From assembly GCA_037834085.1 (NCBI GenBank), contig JBBMKC010218353.1, positions 1 through 34,134 of the forward strand: DNA of 34,134 bases. Direction: 5' to 3'. A program made the translations under genes and the position numbers. Within the stretch, counting starts at the first letter, position 1. Each line of letters opens with the position of its first letter. Source of the stretch: Bipalium vagum. Taxonomy: Eukaryota. Below are positions 1 through 10,598 of the stretch, piece by piece. The notes below the pieces were generated by a model. That model saw nothing but the letters and a program-made list of their open reading frames with translations. It searched no databases and was not told the origin of the DNA.

Positions 1-569
1 AATAATAACTGAAATCTAAGGGCACTTTTGGAAATGTAAATAAAAATATCGATCACAACAAATAATAAAAATTTGAATACTGAAAGTGCACTTGATAGAC
101 AATTTCATTTATTATTTAAATTTTGATTTCATTTAAAATAATTACAATTTTTAAAATTAAAAAATAAAATTTCTATTTTGGTGAAATGAATTTTTTTCTG
201 TGTCAAATGCGAAATTGCATTTGATTGTAATTATCGATGGTTTCATTCATAATAAGGATTTGCAAATAACTTATTTTTGTAACAATCTGGTTTTGTTTCT
301 TTTTAAAATTCGCTTCCAGAATGTTTAATATTCAAACAAAAGCGATAATTTTTGGTTTTTCAAAAGAAATAATTACGAAATGTTTTAAAATTATAAATTA
401 TTATTATCTTCAATTTTATTAATTTTATTATTAAACTTTTTTTATTATTGTTTAAAATTAAAAATTCTCATAACCTGATTAAATTCCCTGTAAATATTTC
501 TTTAGTTTTTTTTTTCAATATAACACCAATAGCTTCTGTTTAATAATAATTTCTATCTTATCTTTTAGT

Positions 570-990
570 TGTATTGTGAACACATACGTGTAATGTTCTA
601 ACAAAAATAAGGATTCTTTGCTCTGTGAACAAATCTCAAGGCCTTCCAAGTACATGAAATATTTTGTAACTGTTTTCAGATGGTGGGTCATTTTTAAATG
701 GTTTAAGTGAAGCTTTAGAAACCCCTTTATTTTTTGCAAGATATTAAAATTTCCGTCTTCCTCTATATTCATCTGACACAATGTCTAAGGCTCTTGAACT
801 TTTCAGATCCTTTTCAAAACGGTTTCGTCACCATTTTACTGCAAAATCCCGAATTTTCAAAATTAGAATTGAATTTTTGATACCTTTCTAAAGAGGAAAC
901 TCAGATATTTATAGAAAACTCTTCGTTGATTAAATACGATTCTTTTGTTAAAACATATCCCATTTGGTAATCTTTATTGTCTGTCGTCAT
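570..990 (-). mobile_element. Possible highly decayed non-LTR retrotransposon (R4/NeSL-like RT) fragment in ACAD9 upstream intron
   Basis: Minus-strand fragments in different frames: NQRRVFYKYL (cf. NQKRFY) and ASLKPFKNDPPSENSYK / ISCTWKAL (cf. LIPK..D..PSNYRPITCLPT.WK). Many stops and frameshifts. Confidence 0.3.
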
Positions 991-1044
991 TAGTTTTGAG
1001 TAAAAAAAAAATCATTGTTTTTCTAACTGTACGAAAATTTCTAG

Positions 1045-4000
1045 GCTCTTTTGCTGTATGGTTCCGATGAACAGAAATCTTATTACTTACCCAAACTTGC
1101 AAGCGGAGAGTTACTCGGTGCTTTCTGTCTTACTGAAACGTCTAGTGGTAGCGATATGTTCAGTATGGAAACTATAGCATCTTTGAGTCCTTTTGAAGAT
1201 GGATATCTTCTACAAGGCACTAAAAATTGGGTTATCAATGGTCATGCTGCTGATGTTTACATAGTTTTTGCTATGACTAAAGATTCCATTCATGAGGTTG
1301 GCATAGGTTCAAGCCCACATATATCAATTATGTTTTTATCAGGGAGGTCGAGATTATATTACAGCATTGATCGTAGACAGATGTAGTGTAGGAGTTAAAA
1401 TTGGTGAAAAATACAACATTGATTGGTTGGAGAATTGCGAAGGTTCGTTTTTTGATGGAATCAAATTATTTTGAATTTAAAATTGTTAGTTGCTGACATT
1501 TCTTTCAATGAGACATTCATTCCAATTGATAAGGTGTTAGATGAAGCGAATGGTGGTTATAAAGTAAGTTTTATGTTTATTATTGATATTATCAATTTGA
1601 TTAGACTTATTATTTTATATTTTGGACTTCTTTACCATATGTTGATTTATTCGAAAAAATTAATAATTAAATTATTAGGTTAGTACATAAGTTCCCGCGT
1701 TTTTAAAAAATTATCATTCTTGTTATTTTTAGCTTTGTTTTGCTGAGCAAAAATAATTATTTTGAAAGCGCTTTTTTAAGCTACAAGCATGTAATCATTA
1801 TTCATTTAACAACTTAATTATACATTTATTTTTTAGCTCTACAAATTGGATATTCCAGGCAGCGAAAAAATTCATTTTCGGCATTTATTATATTTGGCCT
1901 TTGCCGTTATCAGAAAGCTACAGAAGCAGCACAAGACATTTGTGCTGTTTATGGAGCTAATGAAATAGGTGCGAGGACCGCTCAAGAATAGTACAACAAA
2001 TTCAAAAAGAGTAATTTTGATCTCGAAGATAAATTTCGCTCTGGTCGATCATCCGAATTCGACGAAGAACGTCTTCAGGAGCTTTTAAAGAAGAATGGTC
2101 GCCAAAAAACCAGAGAACTTGATGAAAAAATTTACTAGACTCATCCGACAATCCTCAGACACATTCATTCGATCGGCTTTGAGCAAAAATTTGTAGATTG
2201 GATACCTCATAAACTCAGTGAACAAGACAAAGAAAATAGTCTCCAAATCGCAGCACAACATCTTGCTCGGCACCGAGCGACATGCGGCCACACGGAATGA
2301 TTTCTGCAGAGAATCGTCACTGGATACGAGAAATGGTGTCTCTACTTCAATATGAGACAGAGGAAGGAGTGGGTCGCTAAAGGAGTCACGTCTAACCCAA
2401 GAGTAAAAAAAGAACTTCATCCCAAGAAAACAATGATATGTGTATGGTTGAACTGGGATGGTTTAGTACACGGTTTAGTACTTGAGAAAAATAAGACTAT
2501 TAAAAAAAAAACTCTTTGTAGCCAAGTTTCAAAGTGTGAACGAAGCTATCCAACTGAAAAGTTCAGATCGTCGCAGTCATGTCATTTTGCGTCATGACAA
2601 TGCACGGCCACACACAGCGAATATAGTGAAAATAGCCCTTCAAGAGCTCAAATGGGAGATTCTTCATCATCCGCCGTACTTTTCTGACCTTGTGCCAGCT
2701 GACTTTAACCTCTACCGCCCATTGTCCAATCAAATGAGGGGTGTGACATTCAATAACAAGGAGGATCTCAAAAACTGGCTCAACCAATTCTTCGAGATCG
2801 GACTGGCGATTTCTGGAGAAATGGTATCAAAAAATTGGCCGAGAGGTGGGAGCAGGTGGTGAACAATCACGGAGACTATATTACTGATTGATTTATTATT
2901 TTTAACATTAATAAAATAATAGTTGGTTTTCACAAAAAAATTTTCAATAAAAAAACTCGGGAACTTATGTACCAACCTAATATTTCTTACATATTTTATA
3001 ATTTATTTATTTTTATACTTTTACTTGTTTAGTGGATTTAGAATTATTGAATTTCTATTATTTTTAATAAATAATTTTTTTTAATATTATTATTAAAATC
3101 AATACTTTAATTTATTTCACATAATCCACGAAGCCTACTTTATTTTTTTGCATATTAATTGCTTACATTTGATTAATTTAAACAAAAATTACAATTTTTT
3201 CAAGAATTATTTCAAATGCGTTTAGATTTAATTTTTTTTAAAAAATCAATTCTCAATGTTTCCTCTTGTATGATAGACACGGTAAATCCCAATTCCAATT
3301 TAACGTTAATATTTTTTTAACCTAATTCCTTTTTCCTAACTATGATTTGTCTTAGATCGCCAATCATATCCAAAACAATGCCCGATTCATCGTGGCAGCC
3401 TGTATTTCTGGTATCACGCGGTACTTTATGAAAGATCTGATTACAAGAAAAAGTAACGGTCTCATTCCGAAAGATTCGTTGATTGATCATCTTATGAATG
3501 AGTGTATCACTTACTTGTATGCCATAGAGAGTGGGTTGTACTTTACCACGCGTTTTTCTGACTCCTATTTGATACCAGAGATCGAGCTGGAAAGCGCGGC
3601 GATTAAGGTTTTCGTTTCCAATTGATTTTTTTCTCAAATCACTCTCACAATGTTCAGGTATTCAGCATTGAAAGCGGTCTTAAATTGATGAAAAATTTCC
3701 AAAACATTTATTTGTTACTCGATCGATTCTCTACACCGAAATTTCAGAAATTATTTCACCGAGTAAATGGACTCCAGAGCTTTCTGGTAGGGAAAATAAA
3801 ATCGATCATCAGATTGTGACATGATTTACAACGTATGTCTAGGGTTCCAATTATTTCGTCAAGCTCTACATCGGAGGTACAATGGTGAAATTGTCGACCT
3901 TAAACATGATGGAGAACCAGAAAAAAATGAGACAACCATGGAATAATATTCCCTGGATGAAAGATGTTCTGAAGGATTCTTTGGAGCCAATCCATTGGAC

Positions 4001-5655
4001 AGAAGATATATCCAAACAGAATTATGTCTCGGTTTTAAAATACAGTCTGTTTTTGAGTGATCTCCGAAACATTTTCCGAAAATTACAAATGGCCAAGTTT
4101 TCTTTGGCTCGAGCAATCAAACTCCACGAAAATGTGAGTACATTTTTACTTGCAATTGAGCAGCAGTTACATTTAGTTGTGAAATCTTCCAGAAAACTCT
4201 TGAATATCAAAATATTATGGTGGCATTGTCGAATTTGGGAGAGATGTTTTACATTCTATCCACTTGTGTGGCGCGATCAAACACTACTTTCGGAGATTTC
4301 GAGGTATGATCTAATTGATATTTGATTGGTAGATCTATCAATTTTTATTGGTTTTATTTATTATAATTATTAACGTGAATGATTTTTCAGCTCTAACTTG
4401 AATTATCCTAAATCTTCAATTTATTTAAAATGATATTAATATAGGATTTCCGTGGTTTGACTAATTTTTTTCAATATTTTTATTTCGATATGATGGCATA
4501 AAATGAATTATAAAAAAACTTAGACCTAGCTAGGCGAGGCTAAACTTCATAGCCAAAGTTACGTGTATTTTTTTTGAGTAACTTTGAAGTTGTGCGGTCT
4601 AATGTTATCGTGAACGGAGAACATCCTTTCTGTTGACTAAATATGGGCGAGATAATCAACCAGTCACTCCAAATGTTGACAGTAACAATTTCAGATATAA
4701 GTTCGCCAAAATCAGTCCCCCCCCAAACCACAAAACATTTTTTACCATTTATAGGTCTACTTGCAGTTGTAATTGGAGTCTGTTTAGTAGAAAGCCATTG
4801 GCGATGATGATTATGACTCTCAAATAAAAACCAATTTTTACTGGAAGTGACAATTTTCTTCAAAAAATGGTTTTAGGTTTGTCTTATTAGATTTGCATTT
4901 GAAATCATAATCATCATAGACTTCTGCTGATTTGATAAATTGTTTTTGGTTTCATTCAATCCGTTCTTATAAAGTGATCAATTCTTGCACTAGAGCCCTG
5001 TTCAAATTCATACAGAAGACAGTGTCTTATTTGCAACCATATTTTGAAAATATCTAGTAACGATATTATTTAAACAAATATTTGATTAAATGTCCGTCTA
5101 ATAATTAAATCTAATTTTATTTATAAACTAATTTAATATCAATTAAGTGCGATTAAAATGGTACTTACAAAGCCACCTGTTTCTTTTCGGGCATCTAATA
5201 CCTATTATATATTATTGTATTATAATAATGTTTTATAAAACTTATTTAAAAATATTTACTTTTTCAAATAAATAATAAATAATAATAGAGAAATTTAAGT
5301 TTTGAAATATTTTCTTAAAATTAATGGATAAAGGTTCCTTAAAATACTTTCCAGTCTTGCTAAGAAAACTTATCATGAAAATTAAATTTAACAAGTCTTA
5401 ATTCTGGTAAATTTGCAGATCAAGTGCACGGAAAAAATTCTTCAAAAAACTCATTCAGTGATTGATGAAAGTCTAAAGATGCTACAATTGACTCTTGATG
5501 ATCCCGGTGAGATGTTATTGCACAATTTATCCAGCGATATAGCTCTAGCGAAAGGTTACCCACCACATGACATCTTGGAGATGAGAAGGGATTTGGCGAT
5601 GCCAGTTTCTAATCTCTTATCGTACGATGAATTCTATGTAAATAAAATAGATTAG
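1045..5655 (+). CDS. ACAD9: Acyl-CoA dehydrogenase family member 9-like / VLCAD-like, 5'-partial, 8 exons visible, probable pseudo-enzyme
   Basis: Phase-consistent GT-AG exons 1045-1296, 1343-1442, 1490-1563, 3356-3607, 3658-3786, 3843-4133, 4193-4303, 5419-5655 (TAG). Motifs LYGSDEQKSYYLPKLASGELLGAFCLTETSSGSD, GTKNWVING, ELESAAIKVF. ACAD9/VLCAD-type C-terminal extension (KTLEYQNIMVALSNLGEMFYILSTCVARS; LHNLSSDIALAKGYPPHDIL). No N-terminal exons found in the window. Confidence 0.88.
1675..2980 (+). mobile_element. Full-length but defective mariner (DD34D) transposon in ACAD9 intron
   Basis: 30-bp TIRs ttaggtt[a/g]gtacataagttcccg[c/a]gttttt (2 mismatches), TA on both flanks, 1306 bp. Transposase motifs HFRHLL, WIPHKL, IVTGYEKW, HDNARPH, HPPYFSDLVPADF, broken by stops and frameshifts. 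Confidence 0.95.
4540..5198 (-). mobile_element. Internally deleted mariner remnant in last ACAD9 intron
   Basis: Minus strand: IRHCLLYEF, FLKKIVTSSKNWFLFE..RQWL, and a DNIRPH (HDNARPH-like) segment. One TIR-like end (ta-ttagatgcccgaaaag) at about 5198. Confidence 0.75.
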
Positions 5656-6333
5656 AATCCTTTTTCTGATTTGTCTCTTTGCAATTTCATTATTTTTATC
5701 AAACAACATCAAATATTTTTTTTATTATAAAATTAGATTATCGACATAATTAGCGTGTGATGATAAAAGGGCGAAAACTTCTAAAGAGCTACAACTCCTT
5801 AATTTCATTGAATAAAATTTTTAAGAAGTGAAATAAATGGAGCGCACTTATTTTTATTACTGTCACAAACAATTATTTTCAATCACATCATATCGCCTTA
5901 CCAAATCAAGCAGGTATTTAACGTCCTGAGCATTGAAAATAATTGAAATCTAATTTATTAGTAACAATATACTAGATCCTTCTATTCAATTGTTTGACAA
6001 TTGGTGGCCAATTATTCTCCTATACGAAGAATAGAGCACTCCAAAAGAGGGTTAAAAGAGAGTTTCTCTCTCAAATGAACAATAACAGCTTTGGCTTAAT
6101 GTGCCATTACCAAAATCTGGTCAAAAGAGATATTATCTATCAGAATGATGTTCTATAACGAAAGAAATGATTTTTTTTCTTGATGTACTGGTTTAAATAA
6201 ATCTCTTAATTAACGGTAAGCTCACTCCTTAAAAAATTTTTTTGATTCACTTTTCGCAACTAGCCTGTATTCGACATTAACAGGGGTTGCAGATAAATCA
6301 CTTGAATAATAATACATGTCATTTCCCTGGATA

Positions 6334-6750
6334 TTACGAAACTTTTGTTATTAAAATATTTGTTTTACATTTATTAACCAACATTTTTATCAGTCCCTTG
6401 TTGTAATATGATTTATAACATTGTATTATTCCATGATCAAGGGGTTGCAATATATAGATTTTGAAATGCAAGTCACATATTCTTCGGTAACATTTTATAA
6501 CGCTAAAGATGGATTCAAACTGTGACACTGCGCATTGCCTATTAGTAGACTTTTCTTCTTTGTACCATTTATCTAGCCACTATCTTAGGCCAAGAGTTGA
6601 ACATGTTATTTGTCATTCAATTGATTTGTTGGACTCATAAAAACCAGTCCTTTAAATGCTGTTGAATTAAGGAATTTTGGTGCTTATCGTCAACGTTAAT
6701 AATGTCGAATAATTGACATTTTAAAATTAACCCATTCTAACTATTTTATC
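6334..6750 (-). mobile_element. pogo/Tigger (CENP-B-like DDE_1) transposase remnant
   Basis: Minus strand: LQPLDHGIIQCYKSYY (cf. LQPLDQGII..FK..YR), LLIGNAQCH (cf. LLLDNAPSH), degenerate FN.DETG-like segment. Confidence 0.7.
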
Positions 6751-7039
6751 GGACTGATATTGCTGGGCGCGGTTTTTCAAATTTTATGAGGTTAATACAA
6801 TTTTCTGGATATTACGATATAATTAATCGGACTCTTTAATATACATAATTTTGATATATAAAAGCATTGCTTAATATGATAAGTCATTTATTACGTCTGA
6901 AATTAAATCTTATTTAATTTTTTAATTTCGCTTAATAGAATATTTTATATTTGATTTGTTTAAATTTCCACAGAAATCCGAAATTTTTAAAAAATAAATA
7001 CTAAAAATATATATTCTCTCAGCCCACTGTGGCAACCAT

Positions 7040-7600
7040 CAAATGCAATGACATCAAGATTTACGAATTTTTTTTCGTAATGAGAAAAACACAGTGATGC
7101 GACGTCGAAATTGTACCGCTTTTGAACTGGATAATTCTCTGATTATGTGGATTAAGGAATGATGTGTTGTCAAAATTGCATGATATCTGGCCCGTGGTAC
7201 AGATGAATTTGAAATATAAGTTAGATGTATCATGGATTGAAAGGTGGAAAAATTTGTACAATAAAACTTCTAAAGAAATGTTAACTTTGCTGATTTTAAC
7301 GAATACTAATTGATGAAAACATTTTATTACATGATGAAAATAATATTGATGAGATCATGAAAAGAGAAGATTTTGATCTGTTTTGTGAATGTAATACAGA
7401 AGGATCTACGACCTCGATACTAACAAACACGGATATCTGTGACGCGAAGATAATTCTTTTACTGAAAATAACTAATTGGAGAAGTGGAACAGCATTTCAG
7501 CTATAAAGATGAGTTATCCTCTGAAATTTATATTCGCGAACACCTTCAGGAAAACAAACTTGGTGCTGAAATGTAATTAACTTTGTAATTGAAGATGGCA
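7040..7600 (+). mobile_element. pogo/Tigger transposase N-terminal (CENP-B HTH) remnant
   Basis: Fragments ELDNSLIMWIKE, ISGP and SWIERWKNLYN resemble the CENP-B HTH motifs ELE..L..W, PISGP and GWLERFKKRH. Interrupted by stops. Boundaries approximate. Confidence 0.5.
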
Positions 7601-8939
7601 TCTTAAACAAACCACAATGCTATAAGTAGTTATTCATACCGGACTTCTTTAAAACAAATTAAATGATATGTATCTTTAATTAGTATTTTAGAATTGATAT
7701 TCTTTTTTTAATTAATGTTATATAATAATTATAGTGTAATCGTATTAAGTAAACTTCTTTTATTACGTTATATCGGTTATTACAATAATTTTTCAATGTC
7801 TTTGCAATATCATATTAACTGAAGTCTATTATAATTAAATTTGAAAAATGATTTATTTTAAATTAATTAAACAAAATAATTAATTTTTTAATAAAGTGAT
7901 TAATTCTGTGCAGACTATTTGTAAAAAAAGTCCGTTTTAGATGCAATTAGTTCTGTGCATTTCGCTTTCTGAAGACCAAATTATATGAATTAATGTTCAG
8001 CACTTTAATGTTATTGCAGCTGGTAAAATTTCAGTCTCTATTAATGATATTAGAGTAAAATAATTGATTTAAACAAATGTTAAGTAATTAAATTTAATAT
8101 TTTAAATTTAAGCTAAAATTAAAAACTTCCTATGTTTTATTTTTATTTAAATTAAGAGTAATAGTAAACTATTTTTAGTTTTAATTAATTAATTAATGTT
8201 AAATGTAATTATTTGGTTTATTGTTAAAAGTAAGGAATCATTTTAAACAAAGTATAGGGTTTAAGTACGTTAAATCATTATGCACAATCGCAGTATGGAA
8301 AGAATTTATTTAAACTGTAAGGCTTGCTTAGTATAGCAGTGATGTCGTATTGAAGGAAAGATGTACACAAGAATAAATGCATTGGTCTACATACCAACGT
8401 AATATAACCAAATCCTGATGTTAGAGTTTAAAATGCGGTAAGCATAAGCCTTAACTATTTGTGGGTGTATTCTGAAGAAAGATTTTCAGAAGTCAGTCTA
8501 AAAATAATTAAATAAAAAGTTCAATCTCAAGATGCATTTTTTGAGGTTCGACTTCCATCTTATAAGTTTCTGTAAATAAAATTTTAACCAACAATAAAAT
8601 TTAAATAATACGCTAGCTAATTTCAAATTACATATTTTAATTATTAATTTAAAATTAATTAAATAAATTATAAATATTATTTTAGAATCAACTACTGATT
8701 TTTAATCAATAACAGTATTTCTAAAATTATAATTTTCAAAAATTTTAAAAAAGTTATTTTATTTTTATTAATAATTAAATTTAGAAAGTTCGTCATGATT
8801 GACAGCTTAACTGATCAATCAGAGACGCCAAAACGAATAGTAAAATATTATGTAAGCCAGTGAAAATTCATTATTTTTTGCCCAGAAAATTGTCAGATAT
8901 AAAGGTATGTTTTATTTTTGTAATTTTATTTTGCGAACC

Positions 8940-9240
8940 AGGGTTTTCCCTGGCACAGCTTTTTAATTAAGGAATGTTGCTTGTAGACTGCCTGAGAAGT
9001 TTGGTGATTTATTGACTGCCGATTGTTGCAGTTCGTTTGAGAGTGACTGCCTATCGCAGTTTGCTTGTTGTAATTAAAAGGATCTTACCCTCATTTAATT
9101 TAATAAAGCTTGATAGTGTTGCTTTTGTGTTTTTGTTAGAAAGTGAGTTACGATCTCTTTAGATAGGCCGACAGCATCCTCAGCATAGGCTAGGTGAGCT
9201 AGATAAGAGTTTCGCCAACACATTTAACATTCAGTTGGAA
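8940..9240 (-). mobile_element. Possible LINE reverse transcriptase remnant
   Basis: Minus-strand AHLAYAEDAVGLS resembles the non-LTR RT catalytic motif hLAYADDh. Surrounding frames contain stops. Confidence 0.35.
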
Positions 9241-9819
9241 ATTAGAAACTATTTATAAATGATTATATTTGAAGGATTTGGTACTATCAGTGTTCACAAT
9301 GAAATAATTATGTAATATGTATAAGTATAATGATATAATGTTTCTAATAAAATAGCTTTAAAAATTAATAGTTATCTTGCATTCAGCATATAAAACATTT
9401 AATTTTACAATTCATTCAAACTAATGACATACAATTAATTGATTTCGTTTCTTTTACTACAGAAATTTTTTAAAATTAATTTAAAATCATTTGTGTATGT
9501 TAACATAAATTAAAATTGAAATTATTAAAGTTTTAATGAATTTTTCTCATTTAATATTTATTGATCAAATCATTTAATAAAATTATTTTTCATCAAAAAA
9601 GAATTAATCGTAAAAATAATTTGAAACTAGTTTACAATTGAATAATGAATTAAAATTTAAAACTGCGAACAGACTTATTTATAAAAACATTGAAAGTTAA
9701 ATGTTTAAATCGGTTAAGATTCTTTAAAAGTTATTTAGGATAGTCTAATTACATGATTTTCTTAATTTTGTTTTAATTTATCTGAATAATTTTTTTAGTG
9801 TGATTTCCAAATTAATTGA

Positions 9820-10519
9820 ATGGAACTGGGTAAAATTGGGTCGAATTTGGTAAAAAGTGCCTTAGACTTAACCAAAACAACTCGCATTGATTCTTTTTGG
9901 AAGGTAAGTAAAAGATCTCTGAATCGTATATAAAATAATGTAAAGGAGTCGAGGTGCGTCATAACATTTTTCCGACGATTCGGATGATCTTACTGTAGAC
10001 TGGCTGCAAAGGTCCTCTCAGACATTACACCTATTCTGTTGTCACATAATGTGAGGAATATCGGAATCGGTTTAGAAGAACTGGGAGTTGAAGAATTTGT
10101 AGCCGGTCAATATTTTAATGGAGGTACGGTGATAAAAGCTGATCGAAGCACATTTTCTACCTCTATTTCCAGAGCTGTATGTAGATATTAACAAGAAATC
10201 GTTCGAACAACTCAATTTCAAAAACTATTCTCGCTTGGGATTGTTTGGTGCTCTGTTTTCCAGCTCTTCTCGGAACAATTACTCTGAAGCCCAGAAGTTT
10301 GGCGGAAATCTGAAAGGAGACGGATACCAGAACGGCGGAACGATCGTAACTGATGCCGGAGGATCCCTGCTCTATTTTTATAAGCAGGAAAACTTTGCTG
10401 ATCACGTCAAGAACGAGGACATTCTGAAAGCTCTGAACATCAGTGTAACTAGTAATGCTGATCCAGAGAAAGGTTCGCCAAAATTGTCTTGTGACGATAA
10501 CGCTTGTCATAGAAAATAG
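9820..10519 (+). CDS. PRXL2B: Selenoprotein U family (PRXL2B/FAM213B, prostamide/prostaglandin F synthase-like, AhpC-TSA_2 fold) with UxxC motif, 202 aa, Sec42
   Basis: Exons 9820-9903, 9946-10123, 10173-10519 (introns 42 and 49 nt, GT-AG) give MELGKIGSNLVKSA...FWKESRCVITFFRRFG[TGA]SYCRLAAKVLS...IGIGLEELGVEEFVAGQYFNGELYVD...GGNLKGDGYQNGGT...YKQENFADHV...SCDDNACHRK*. The only in-frame stop, TGA 9985-9987, aligns with the first Cys of the family RRFGCxxCR motif. SECIS in 3' UTR. Confidence 0.93.
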
Positions 10520-10530
10520 ATTATTAGGTT

Positions 10531-10598
10531 GTTAGATTCGGAAATGACTTTTCTGCTTGAAATTGTCTGAGCAGAAAATGATGTGAAAAGATTCTAAC
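10531..10598 (+). promoter_or_regulatory. Eukaryotic SECIS element (type I)
   Basis: Lower helix gttagattc/gattctaac. Core ATGAC (10544-10548) opposite TGAT (10579-10582). Upper helix ttttctgcttg/tgagcagaaaa (11 bp, two G-U). Apical loop AAAttgtc. Starts just after the stop codon of the TGA-containing gene. Confidence 0.92.

Noticed and set aside
3317-4210. Minus-strand ORFs 3317-3637, 3859-4116, 4022-4210 (also 2085-2420 and 10163-10510)
   Set aside because: Antisense shadows of real exons or transposase sequence, with no motifs.
8794-8970. Tiny 3-exon peptide gene (MIDSLTDQSETPKRIVKYY...)
   Set aside because: Only about 35 aa, introns shorter than the others in the window, no recognisable motif, and it overlaps a probable LINE remnant.
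9985-9987. TGA as a pseudogene nonsense mutation or an alternative genetic code
   Set aside because: It sits exactly at the redox Cys, the rest of the frame is intact and a SECIS follows. The other three genes have no in-frame stops and use TGG for Trp.
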